Below are positions 11,441-24,679 of a stretch of 64,000 bases of DNA, piece by piece. Source of the stretch: Obrimoposthia wandeli (Eukaryota); assembly GCA_977020255.1 (NCBI GenBank), contig CDROCS010001929.1, positions 186,001 to 250,000 on the forward strand. Reading direction: 5' to 3'. Made by a program: the position numbers and the translations under genes. Under the pieces are notes generated by a model. That model searched no databases. It was not told where the DNA came from and saw only the letters and a program-made list of their open reading frames with translations. Within the stretch, counting starts at the first letter, position 1. Every line of letters begins with the position of its first letter.

Positions 11441-12483
11441 CTTGAAAAAAATATAAATAGTCAAAATAATGAGTTAAAATAATTTGTGATAAGCTGACAT
11501 AATTTGACAATAGTAACAAAGATAAAAAATTCTGCATGAACAATGGTTTAACTTTAAATTCAATTTGTAATACTAATAGATCTATTCGATAGCATTTTTG
11601 TTACATAAATATTCTATAATATACTCAACATACGAGGAAAACGGATTTTTAACTGTAGCATTTCGTTGTAAATATTTGATTTTTAATTTTCTTTAAATAA
11701 AAAATATATATATGTTTTTATATGTTGTACATAATTACAAAGCACCCTGTAAATTTAAAGAAAACAGAAATTCATTCACTCATATTATTAAGCCATATTG
11801 ACTTTCTAAGGAAAAATATATTCCAGTATAATGTATAATGTTATTAAAAGGAGTGAGTACGAATCACACTTATCTGATTGGTCATTCACATTGCACTTAA
11901 CATTGGTTTCCAAGCTGCATGAGCATGATTCTTTGCTAAGCACTTGACTTATTTCTGAGTCTTGCATTATGGATGTTATTTGTTATCTTTCTTATGTTTG
12001 ACAAATTGACGTCATTGAATTTATAAATGTCTTGTTAAACTTCAATTTGATATATTACGAATGTGTAGAATTTATGAATGATTTTATTTCATTAAAAACA
12101 TATCAAGGAAAAGGCGGGGGAAAATTGGATAGTATGTTTAAACAAGTACATACAGTAACCGTTTTACACTTCACAAATAAAATAACACTCACTTTAAATC
12201 CATTATAAGTTTTTTTATGGAAGATTTTTTCTCTTGTATTATTCTGTTTATTTTCTCCAATTCAATGCGGTAAACTCTTTTTTTGTTTTGTTCAGGATTT
12301 TCAATGTAATTCTAAATTTGGATTTAATATAACCAAATAATTGGAAAATAAATTCAATTCTTAATATTATTAAATATAGATGATTTCTGCTATGATAAAT
12401 ATTTGAGAAAACTAAGGTATTTATAAATTATGAATGTGTTATCTTTATCCATAAATTCGTAGTTAAACTATCAGAGATTATGA

Positions 12484-12562
12484 GCCACGTCAGTTCAGAT
12501 AGTTCATTAGAATGTGCAACTTGCAAGTAGGGAGACCCACGTTTCAATTCTCGGTCGCAGCA
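12484..12562 (+). pseudogene. Degenerate tRNA-Ala(TGC)-like sequence or tRNA-derived SINE head
   Basis: A-box-like tcagttcagatag, anticodon loop cttgcaa and B-box-like gtttcaattc, with about 75-80 bp total length. Stems pair poorly. Confidence 0.4.
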
Positions 12563-13393
12563 ACCTAACAGGAAAATATTTTATAAAGTTTTATTGCTCA
12601 TGGTTTTCTTTAAAATACTCAACAACAATAGATTCGCCGGTTCATGTTTGATCAAATGGTTAAAAAATATTTTTATTGATTGGTGCCAATGATTTTCGTG
12701 GCGTATTTAGAAATATTCTATTATATAACGGTTTAGATAATTATCAACGTACCATCATCAATACAGAAACAAAGTGTCAGTACAAATGCAAACAACACAA
12801 TTGCAAAATAATTCATAACTAACCTTTAAATAATTGGTGAATTTTTCGAATTCCTGATAGCGAAAATTTTGATTTTCAGTTAGATTGCTTTGAACTAAAA
12901 TACAATAAAGCGGATGTAAACTTTTTTTGAATGTGGGTAAATAAAATAAAATCTGTTTGAGTAAAATCTAATCAATATAGTTTAAATATACTTTAAAATA
13001 TATTTCCTAACTGAAGGAAACAAAATGTTTGCTTTATATGATTAAAAAACCGAATAAATTAACCTATGAAATTATTATATGAAATTTTAAAGTGTGAAAG
13101 TAATATATAGTGTCGTTCCTGGAATCGTGTTACAAAGCACCTGATGGGTTTTACTATTACTATTATTACTATTATCACTATTTAGGTTCATGTAGGATTA
13201 TGGTTTGTAAACAACCAATCAAATATGTTCAAAATATACAAATTGAACGCATTCAATCTCTAAGTATCCTATTGAATATCAACAAGAAGGTTAATTTGTA
13301 TAATATATAAGTGAAAAGGGGAAGAATTTGTATGTTTGAACCATAAATGTTTCAGCACTCAGAATTTTAAAGTTTAAACCTCTATATGTTAAT

Positions 13394-13745
13394 GTGTTTG
13401 CTAGTGTAAAAGTGATTATTCATGGTATTAAAGATTTTGATTATCATTTTCATATTGTAATTTTTCTTGAAAGTTTTTTTATAAACAAATATATGTTTAA
13501 AAGACACAACTGTGTTACTGTAATTTTCATTACTCAAAGCCTGTTTCATCAAGGCGGTAAACATAGAACACGTAATTTAAATGTATATTACTTGGTTTTG
13601 TTTAAGAATCAACGCGATCAAACGGTTATTGACTATGTTTCACCTCAAGCATTTCCTTATAACAGACAATATTTTATAAATTCGTTTCTATATGAAATTA
13701 AAATCCTCGTGGTTACTTTTTCTTGATTTTACACAGTCATATCCT
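13394..13745 (+). pseudogene. Polinton packaging ATPase C-terminal fragment
   Basis: VTVIFITQSLFHQGGKHRTRNLNVYYLVLFKNQRDQTVIDY, homologous to 7470-7820(-). Confidence 0.85.
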
Positions 13746-14395
13746 GATGAATTGAGAATAAAAATCGATTTTTTCAACAACTGTATGGTATATAAACAAA
13801 AGCAAAGATAATATTTCGAAAAATAGAAATACCTAATTATGTTTATACAAATTGAAACCTGGTGATGATAACAAAGCTAAAAAGTAAATAAATTGATAAA
13901 ACAGTGTTGAGAAGGCAAAATTCTAATCGAATGCTAAAAAGCTTACGAATGTTAAAAAGTCAAAGCAGTGTAATAAAAAAATTAATGAAATTTGTTTAAA
14001 AACAAAATGGAGGTATTAACTCATTTTATCAATAAGACTATAAGCCTTTTTTGTATTTTCAACTTAAATAATAATCTAAAACGTTTTACCTTAGTTTCAA
14101 ACGATTTTAAAGGCACCTAGTTCACATACAGCTTGATTTCTCAAGTCATTTCCACCTTGTGTTATTGATAAATTGGTTGAAATTTAATTTAATATAGTTA
14201 AAGGAAAAGTAAATCTCAGTAAACATAAATCAAAATTTACAAAACTCAAGAAGGTATTACTTGATATTGTTAATACAAAAAGTTGTTCTGGTCGACAGAC
14301 ATAGTATTGCGTCATAAAGGAGGGTTTATTAGTGCACCTTGACCGATAGTTGCAACTTTATTGGGTCCCCTACTTGCTAGAGCTGTTGCCTAAAG

Positions 14396-15270
14396 TTGAG
14401 CAATCAATTAGCCTACAATATCAACAAACCGATGCGAAAATGGTTTCCGACACTATCGTACAAGACTAGTGGCCCTAACAATTTATGGCAAATGGATTTG
14501 ATAGAGATGATACCTTATGAGCGTATCAATAGTGGTTACAAATATATTTTAACATGTATTAATGTATTTACTAGATTTGGGCGTGCCTAACTTGTAAAAT
14601 CAAAATCTGTAAAAAATATATAGATGCTGCCATCAAAAATATGATTGATGTTGTACCCGATAATGTACAAACATATGCTGGAAAAGTGTTTTATAATAAA
14701 CATGTTAAAGCTTTTATTGATACATTAGAAGTAAATCAATACTCTGTGTTTTCACACTTAAAGCAGCCTTGGTTGAACAATTTAATAGGACATTGAGGGA
14801 TAAATTAAAGAAACATTTTGTTGTAATCGGATCAAAGAAATAGGTAAAGGTACTATCAAAACTTATAATTTCATATAATGACTCACCACATCGCGGTATG
14901 GGTAGTAAGAAACCTATATATGTTTCATTTGATGATTGGTTTGGTAATAATAATAAAACAATAATAAAGAAACCTAAATACAAAGTTGGAGATTTTGTTC
15001 GAATATCACGTTTAAGTACAACACATTTTATTAAACATTTCGATAATAATTGGAGTGATAAAATATTTGAAATATTGAAAACCAATTTGCGTACTAATCC
15101 CGTAATGTATAATATGATAGATGAGGATAAAAGTTCAATAGAGAGAAACTTTTATGAGCAAGAATTACAAGTTAGTGATAAACCAAAAGTATATAGGATA
15201 AAATTTAAAGGTGGTAAGATGTACGAATAAACAATATTACGTTAAGTGGTACGGATATAAAACACTATAT
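14396..15270 (+). pseudogene. Polinton DDE integrase (frameshifted)
   Basis: PNNLWQMDL..GYKYILTCINVFTRF; HRGMG..KP; KYKVGDFVRIS; NWSDKIF; FYEQELQ. Confidence 0.9.
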
Positions 15271-15347
15271 TGTATTACCATATAATAGTTGTTCAAACAC
15301 TCAACCTGATAATACCGAATTGAAATTTATTGTTGATTGATTGATTA

Positions 15348-16400
15348 ATGAATTCAATAGAACTTCAAGGTGTATGGGAAGTTGCATTGACAGAATTTAC
15401 ATATAGTAATACACCTGTTATTTTACAAAAGGATTGTGAAATTAATTATAAGAAAACGAGTTGCACTCTGAAAGCCGATACTGTCTCAGTAAGTGTTGAT
15501 TTTAAAGATGAGAAAATAATCACATTATCAAAAAGTCATGATGAAAAGCCGAAACCTGTTAAAAGTGTTATAAGGTAAATTTCAAAAGTAGAATTAAAAT
15601 CCTTAAAAAATGTTTATAATCTTTATTGTGAGTTTGGTACATATGGTGAAGTTGTAGATAAAAAGAAAAATGTACTTGTTATAAAGTCTGTAAATAAACA
15701 GAAATTTTATATAAAACTATCTGAAAAATCAAAAAATCAATTGGTTTTCATGTTTAATCAAGTAAACGCTGAAAATTACTTTGCATCTGATGATAATGGT
15801 ATTTTAACTGCTCAAAAATTCATAGATCCTGTATGTGTATCAACAAAATTTGATTATTATCACATGGAAAAGAAAAATATAAACTAAAATATTTTGTTTG
15901 ACAACGATTTCAATAATACAGATTTGACTGCATTATTTAATTACGTTATATCTTAATATAATCATATTTTTAGCATGTTTTATATTAAAAAAGATAAATT
16001 CATCAAATTAAAATTAAAATATAATATTCCAAGTATAATATTTAATACTTGTTTGGTATTTTTATTGTGTATTTATAAAAGAGAATTTACAGGTCATGGT
16101 AAAGGTATACCTCAAAGAATGTGTTAGTTTGATAATTTGTAACTGTATACTAATTTGATAGTCTATAAATGTTGGTGGGGCTAAACGTCCTCCGTTAAAA
16201 TCAATTTGATTAGATAAAAACAATAAATATGGTGATACTGCAAACATTACAATCATAAGACCAATGTATCTTCCTATAATTTCAACATATATTTTAAATA
16301 TTGAAGTAAATATTCATAATGATAGTGGGATACCAATTAACTTTGCTCATAACACAAAAACTAGTTTAACACTACATTTTCGAAAAGTTAAGTATAAACA
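15348..16400 (+). pseudogene. Polinton minor capsid (penton/Py), decayed
   Basis: N-terminal LQGVWEVALTEFTYS and C-terminal IEVNIHNDSGIPINF..LTLHFRK. Confidence 0.7.
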
Positions 16401-16429
16401 AAATTACACAATGTTAATAATGTTAATGT

Positions 16430-16798
16430 CTCTATTTGATGTGTATAGTACAACCCAAACGGGTGGTGAATTACCTTACTTTGTTGGCAAACAACATGGT
16501 TCACGGTGGATGGAAATTTTGGGGCGAATTGCGTTTCCTATACTATCACGTTTAGGACGAATTGGTGCAAAAACACTTACATATGTAGTAATAAACCAAT
16601 TTTGAGTCTACTAAAATCAAATGCAATTAGTGAGATACCTGGGTTATTGCCGGAAGCAACAAAAGTTGCTACTTAACTAATGACTGCAATAAAGAAAAGT
16701 CGTAAACAACCACCACCACCATCTGTTAAAATGAAAGAAGTGCAAAAAGGTAGTGGTAGTATAAACAAACGTAGAAAAATAGGAATCATATTTGATTA
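16430..16798 (+). pseudogene. Polinton PZ/core-like small protein
   Basis: QTGGELPYFVGKQHG...ILGRIAFPIL and a basic QKGSG tail, located between the penton and capsid genes. Confidence 0.55.
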
Positions 16799-16799
16799 A

Positions 16800-17460
16800 G
16801 AAATTGCATGTGCAAAATCTGAACTGTGTTTGTTTGATGGTTCACTAACTCAAACTGCTATAGAAAATGGATGTTTTGAGAACATTTATCATGCTAATAA
16901 TATTACCGGTAGTAATATTAATACAATTGAGTTTAATATCCAATCGAGTGAAACAGAATACTTAGATTTTAATGATTCTCTATTATATTTGAATATTAAA
17001 TTTTTATAACATAAAGGAACTAACAGTTTTATTGACATGATGGAAGAAGATAAATTTATACCATCAAATTTCTTTTTCCATACACATTTTAAAGATGTAC
17101 AAATTCACTTGAATAATACTTGTATTGGGGAAATGGTATTTATGCTCACAAAGATTTGATTGAATGTATGCTTAATTATAGCAAAGATACGGAAAGTGTT
17201 TCATTAGATGCAATTGGTTATGATCGTGATGAGGATGTACGAAAAGTATGGATTGAAAAATTTAATGAATTTGAGTTGTGCAGTTCAATTCGATCGGATT
17301 TTCTTGAATAACCTAAATATATGCTTCCCGGTATGAATGTAGGTATACAATTGTTTATTTTAATGCAAACTTGTCTCTAAAAACAGGTACAACTCATTGT
17401 AGAATAAAGTTTTTAGAAGCTAAAATGAAAGTTAGACATGTAATGTTGGTTTATAAACTC
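16800..17460 (+). pseudogene. Polinton double-jelly-roll major capsid protein, N-terminal fragment
   Basis: CAKSELCLFD..TQTAIENG; IEFNIQSSETEYLDFNDS; FHTHFKDVQIHLNN; IECMLNYSKD. Confidence 0.8.
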
Positions 17461-18496
17461 AAAATGCGGTTTATTCATAAAAGAATTTGCTTTACATGAT
17501 TGTAAATTATTTATGGGAAACTTATTTAAACGTTTAAAAAACATTAATTGAAAATATTTTTAAATGTTTTTTATGATGTGATTATATTAAATTTTATAAA
17601 ACAATAAATTAAAAATTAATCGTTCAAAAACTATTTACATATTTAGAATCTGCAATTTATAAAGATTAAAATTATATAAAATGTTTTATTTAAAAATAAA
17701 TATTTTAAATAAAATTAAAGTTTAAAAAATAATTTTTTACAAATCTAAAATATTTTTTAAAAAATATAATAGGTTGTAGAATTTTAGCAACAAAAGTTTT
17801 ATTCACCTAAAATTTTTCTATTAGTTTACATTGTAAGCATATATTTCAATATAAATGAGGCTGTTTCTCATTAATGGCTGCCCCTGTTTAACTGATTTTG
17901 TGTAAGTTGAATATTTTGATTTACTTATTTTTTTAGATTTATTTACAGATTCATATTATTGACAAGAAAGTTATCCTGTTTAGTGTATATTCGAATTGTG
18001 AAGTTTATGCCAAGTGAAAAGCTACTAATTGATTATGTTACTATTTATGTTGTTATTGTGACTCTCTCTCTCATTATTTTTATTTACTTTTAAATTTCTT
18101 ATGTAAATTTTTATCAAATCAATAACAATACTGCTGTTTGGTCTTCCCACTTAAGGCGGCCCCGTAATAGAGATATTGTAATCAGCATTAAATGTAAAAT
18201 CAGACAATAGGAACATGCAATACAGTTTGTCACAAATTTCATGATATCGCTAATGATATTGGTAATCTTGATAAATTATCAGCTATACTCCCTGACACAA
18301 TTTTAATACTTCTGAGTTTATGTAAATGGAAGTGAAATATAGATCGTTTTTAACATTAGTATGTTACTATGAAATCTAAATGTATTTCTAAGTGAAAATA
18401 AACATGGACTGAAATCTAGAATTGTTTGCTATTCGAAATAATACAAAAAGTGAAAAAAGAGAAGTCATAATTTTTAATACAATTATTAATTTTAAC

Positions 18497-19466
18497 TTAA
18501 AATTCATTTATTAAATACACAACCGCCCTAACTAAGACTTTGCAAAAGCAAGATTGTATTGTATCATAAAGATTGACTAATACAGACCTATGATTTTTGT
18601 TTATGTCCAGTATTGTTTCACGTATCTTTTCTCCAAGTGCTGCGTAAGAAGTAAATAGTTGACCATCGTACACAATATCAGAAATTATTTTCCACAGGTC
18701 TTCTATAATGCTGATATCTGGACTCAATGCAGGCCACTCTAAGACATTAATCCCAGCCTTTACAAATACATCTCGAACACAGTGGGCTTTATGGACCGGT
18801 GAATTATCCTCTTGATAATTGAAAGTTTTACATAAATTCAATTTACACATAGGTATGCCAACCTCTCTTAACAATGAAATATACTTTCATGAATTAACTT
18901 TACCATGGATCACACTGTAGGACAATAAACCTGAAGGTAACAACATCATCCATATCATCAAAGCTCCACCATCACTATGTCTTTTCATTCTGGTTTGTTT
19001 CTCAATGTCCAGGTCCTCCAATAATCAGGCCCATCAAGACTGAATCGTTTCTCATCAGAGAATACTGATGAATTCCAGTCATGATTTTAGCAAATCCATT
19101 TCGTAATCAATATAATACGCTCTTATGTCTTCTTCTCAAATATATTACTTTTTTAATATTTCGATACTTCGTCTTAATGCGTCTAAGGTTCTTGTACAAA
19201 TATTTAAATCACAAGAAATTATTAATTTTATACATGAAATTTGTTCACCATTATCGCAAAAAGTACATATCTGGCGTTTTGTCTTCAATTTCTCTTAACT
19301 TTCTATTTTAAATTGTGGACCTCGTTTCTTACATATATTCTTAGGGTTTGTAGCGTATTAAATTTTGTGAAGATCTTCTCGATATCTTTAAAATGACACT
19401 AACTTATTTTAGGCTCTTTCCTTCTTTAAGCTGAATTGCAATTTGTCTTTCTAAGGGTTGTCTCAT
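18497..19466 (-). pseudogene. Tc1-like DD34E transposase, decayed
   Basis: VFSDEKRFSLDGPD; YQEDNSPVH; VLEWPALSPDISIIEDLW. Confidence 0.9.
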
Positions 19467-19849
19467 ATAATTATTTAGCAACTAATAATAAATAAATGAT
19501 AAAATAAAAAGTACTTACTTTGAATATATTTTTCTGTATTAAAAATTATGTCTTCTTCACTTTTTAAAATTTTATTTGACCTCATATATTATTTAAACAA
19601 TGAAGCATTAAATTATCAATTTTATTTGATTCAATTACTTTTAATGTGTTATGTTAGTTTTCATAATAAGTAACTAAAACTATGATATGGTTTAAAATAT
19701 AATTAAAATGTAATTAGTGTATTAAAAATTATGCCGAGAAGTATATATTATTCTTTTTACCAGAGATGTGTTGCGCCATAATCGTATAAATTTGAAGTTG
19801 AATTAACCATCTTTGAATCTGCGAATTGGCTTTATCAATTGGTTTTCTA

Positions 19850-21150
19850 AACAATCTTATTAATGGTATGTTGTCTGCACTCAATTTAACTTTCCTCCCA
19901 ATTAATTTTTTAAAGTTCTACCCTAATCAATACCGTTAATCATTCTTTTTCTATCTGTGAGTACCTTTTCTTCGCCTCATTTAACTTCCTTGACACATAC
20001 ATGATTGGTTGGTTGTTTTGCAATAGAACTGCTCATAAACCATATCCACTTGCATCGGTTCTTAAATCAACCTCTATATTATTGTTGAATAATTTCAATG
20101 GATTTATATTTGTTAGTTCCTCTTTTAATTTATTAAATCGCTGTTCATATATATCACTCCAGTCAAAACTCTCACTTTTCATTATGTCCCACAATTTACG
20201 TACAAACTCAGAATATCCTCGATGAAAAATTCTTACCAAAATATCCCGCTAAAACTAAAAATGTTCGTAACTCATTATGGTCTTCGGCGATTTTCATACA
20301 TTTCTGGAACACCTCAGGCGCTGAGCTTAGTTCAAAAGGCAATCGTTTATACTGGTATTTTCCAAACGGAGAACAAAATATCCCGCAAATTTTCGATATT
20401 TCTTATTTAGGAATACCTGGTGATATCCTTTCTTGGCATCAAGTTAAGAAAATATTTTTGCTCCGTTTAATTTTTTACCATGACTTCCTGAAACGATGGC
20501 ATCTGGAATGGTTCTCGTTTTACCGCTGTATTGAGATGCCTAAAGTCAATACATAATCGAATGTCGCTATTTTCCACTCATAGGTTTCTACTTCTTCAAT
20601 AATATCTGACTCCAATAATTTATATATTTCTATCTTCACTTTGTCCTTTACTGCCGGTACTTTCCTTCTCAGTATACATTATTTTTATTATACCTGAATC
20701 CTATATGATATATTTTTCATAAAATTATTATATTTTACATCTAATACTTGATGTTCATGTTCATTAAAAGAAATTGACTACACGGACATGATAATAAGAT
20801 TTAAGGCTTGGCATATCTCAGCACTTAGTAAAGTTTTATCATTAATAATATCCACTCCATTAAATTTAGCTTCAATACATTTATCTCTAAACTGTACCTC
20901 ATAAACATTACATGCTAGTATTTTTAAATTTGAGTTATATAAGTTGACAAACATAAATTGCTCGGTTTCCATTTCATTTGTGGAAAACACTTTCTGGGTA
21001 TTAAATTAACAACTGTTCCCGTATCAATAACACATAATAACTCTTTCTCATTAATTTAATCCTACGTGTTGGTAACTTTTCTAAAATTGACTCATTGTTT
21101 TCTACAGGTAAAACTTGAGGCCCTTTACATGTGCAGAAATTTGATGTCTT
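19850..21150 (-). mobile_element. Ty3/Gypsy pol remnant A (protease-RT-RNase H)
   Basis: CVIDTGTV; NSDIRLCIDFRHLN; VDLRTDASGYGL. Many stops are present. Confidence 0.8.
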
Positions 21151-22114
21151 TGACTGTCAACCTTTATTAATCGAAGTAAATTAAAATTATTCCATTATAA
21201 ACCCATCCAATAGTCGTTACAATAACACTGTTACATAAAAAATATCTTAAAAACATAAACAAACAAATATTTGGATTAGAAAAATACTTGAAATACTTAG
21301 GTCAGTCAAAAGGTTTCAACAAAAACTTTTTAATTCTGCTAAAAAGCTATATCGGACAAAGTTAATTTGAAAATATTTTAAATGGAGTTTATCAAATAAT
21401 AAATCTAAAATATCAGCTTTATATATAAATTTAAAAAGTTGGTTTCTTTATTTATATTTAATATCTTTGCTTTGTTTTAAGGAAGTAGGGAATAGGAAAA
21501 CTGAATGTTACACCTATTTTATTTAAACTATGAAGGAAATTAAATTTACTACAGAATGTATGGCGAACTGAAGCACAATCTCTAACATATGTTTTCAAGG
21601 AGCCTTTTAACGGTCAAGATATAAGTTTTACATATGCAGAAATATCGGCTGACCTCAAACATCTTTGACTGATGGAAACGTACAAAAATTAACAAACTCA
21701 AAATCCTCGAATAACATTTAATGAAATATTATTTGTCCTTATCTATGATAATTTGACGAATTCATTTACCAGGCGACTTGAATTCAAAAGAAACCGAAGG
21801 AAGCACAAATAAAAACTCGTATTTAAATTGGTAAACTTTGGTTGTCCAAAAGATCTAAATTGAATGATCGAAAGTGGAATAAAATCGATGAAAAATATTT
21901 ATATTTAAGAAATGTTGGCCCGTTAGAAAGTAACAAAATATCTGTCAAACATGGGGAACAGGAGAAAGAAATTAGAAGGCGGAAACAAATCGGAATAAAC
22001 CATATAATTATAAAGTAGCAATGGCAAAGTATAATAAAGTTTATCTTGAACTAATAGCAAGTGGAAAAAAAATCAAATGTCGTAGGTATATTGATTTGAT
22101 GAGAAAAAGGTTTA

Positions 22115-22400
22115 TCATAGTGTCAATCGGTTGATCAGCATGAAAATGCTAAACTTCAAGCGTTGAAAGAAACTAATATTGTTTGCAATGTAAGGGTGCA
22201 AATGTTTGGAACTAGTCCTGATATATTTTGTGTGATCGGTGACAATGTAATTTCTTTGATTCCAAGCGCTTTGGCAGAGATGTTGATAGTTTTGTCGACT
22301 TAAAAGGCTTCCTTCATGGCAATTGTAAAGCAATTCAACTCAACGAATAATTGAATGAAGTGAACAAATTAATGGAAAATTTATGAGATGTATCTGGTAA
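22115..22400 (-). pseudogene. Possible further packaging-ATPase C-terminal fragment
   Basis: LCQSAWNQRNYIVTDHTK weakly resembles the C-terminus of Polinton-type ATPases. Confidence 0.25.
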
Positions 22401-23334
22401 TTACATGTCAAAGTTGGAAGATTTATTACATTTTAAATATATATCCGTTGTTTTAGGATATTTTTCTCAACGGTTTGACTAACGGTTTGGATATATTGCA
22501 AAATATTTTCATCAACTACAGAAGATGTATGCATACGTTCAAAATATTCCCAATTTATCTATGGATCATTTATGTATCATTTACGGTACGTGACAGTTGT
22601 GTCTCTAAATTGTAATTCCACGCACCTTTATTCAATAAAAACGTCTAAATTTTACAATGTTATCAAAATTAACAGCACAGTATGTAATAAAAATGTAATA
22701 TAAATATGATGTATATTAATTTAATTTTCTTCTGTCGTAAAAATCATTCTGTCTTTATATTATTGATACAAAAAATAAAATAAATTTAATTAATACCCAA
22801 TAAATCTTATTTTTATACATAAGTTTACAGGAAAATCAGATTTATATCTTATATTTATTAATTAATTAATGAATTTAAAAGTAGAAAAAATGTTTCATAC
22901 CGCCAATATGTAGACATTTTTAAGCATTCAAATGGGAATCCATCATATCTACGATAGCCACTTAATTGGGAATATACAATATAATCTGAACAATTATAAT
23001 TTTAATACGAGTTTTGAAGCGGAAACCTTTTCAAAGAGTTTTTCTCCACATGAAATTGAATTTCTTAATATATGTATAAATGCATTAGTTAATAATTGGA
23101 AAATATGCTTGAAGTAAAGGTTTTTTTAAATGTTGTTTAAAGTTTTATTTCAATATAAATATTAAGTTTTGAAATTATTTTTTACCGTACATGATAAATG
23201 TTTCAACCAACCCATTATTTTCATTTCTATAACTGTAATTCAATAAATAGTAGTTGTTAGAAATAAAATATTAAATCATTTTGGACACTGTATTTATGTC
23301 TAAGTATTTGTTAAAATTAATATTTGATACAGAC

Positions 23335-23458
23335 CTAATTCCTTATCATTGATGTTGTTAATTTCCCGAGCCGAAATAAACGAAATTCGCGATTTTCCGT
23401 CAAGGTTGCCTTGTAGTTCAAGAAATTTCAAACATTGACTTTCAATGCTTATTTTACT
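23335..23458 (-). CDS. Mfn: Mitofusin-like exon (SQCLKFLEL..SRISFISARE)
   Basis: tttttcag acceptor in phase 0 and gtctgt donor in phase 1; lies within ORF 23300-23506. Confidence 0.8.
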
Positions 23459-24679
23459 CTGAAAAATAAATAGATATATCATAGGCAATATCGGTATTAC
23501 ATTCAATTAACTTCTGCTTCGAAGTATATATTGTTATAGTTCTTTCAGACGATCATATACAATTTTGTCAAATTTTAGAAAACCCCGTTAAGGAATTTTT
23601 AGGAAAAATACAAGACATACGATTATTTAAAGTTGGAATAAATTATTGTAGCATATGTTTACTGCTTTTTAGATTCCACCCCAATTTAGTGATGGGAGTT
23701 AAAGCAGATACCTTTATTTAAAGGCTATTCAGAATTAAAAGAGAAAATTTATATTTATTATATCATAGCGAACTTAAAAGTGAACTTAAAGCGAAGTTTG
23801 TATTTTAATGAATACTCAATAAGTACCCGTACCGGTAATGATCAAGTCCAAATGAGACACAGTATTGTGTTACTGTGTGCAATAATTACATGTTTGGTAT
23901 CACTGTTCCTTTCGTAATTTATTATGTTTTCCATTATTAATTTCCTCTGTTTTTAGCTGACTTTCTTTATGTATATTTTGATAACTTTCAAATAAATATT
24001 AATCACAACTTTGTCAATTAAACAAACAGGTACATTTATAACTGAATCTTAAACATAAAATAACTAGAAGATCGCAGTTTGTTTTAAAATTTACGTTGCA
24101 TCTTACCTTTTAAAAACGGTATCTTAAACATTTCAACTATTTATTTTAATAAAGAATTTTAGCTTAAAATTGTAAGTCAAATATGCTCCTAATCAAATAA
24201 AATGCTCGAATTACTTAGAAAAAAGTTTAAAAGTCTACGAACAGCTACTAAAAAAAAATCAAAAATGCAATGGAACGTTACATTTTTGTTTATTGACTGA
24301 AGAAAAAATATTCCTTTTTTTGGACTAACTTTCATTAATTATAAACCCACATACATTATACAATATATTATATTTTATATATTATTATATAAGCATATGT
24401 ATAATTATCGATAAAACCAGAAACAACTGAACACAAAAAAACACAACATAAAAAATACAACAAAACAAAACACAATAGAATAAAACACAATACAAGAAAT
24501 CACAAAACACAATAGAACAAAACACAAAACAACACATCTCTCCAACAAAATGAAAACTTACAACTTTTTATAGATGAAAAAATTACCAAATACACCTAAG
24601 CAAAATGGATATTGCCGATAGCAATATGTTTAGTGCCGCTGACTCGTAAGTTTGTACTTTTTATGTGATTTTTTGATAA

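Larger units (their letters stand above)
13380..17480 (+). mobile_element. Polinton/Maverick remnant 2: ATPase - integrase - penton - PZ-like - major capsid
   Basis: Colinear decayed viral genes on one strand; no TIR found. Confidence 0.85.

Noticed and set aside
13110-13310. ORF with a poly-Tyr tract
   Set aside because: It is caused by a (TAC/TAT)n microsatellite and has a non-ATG start.
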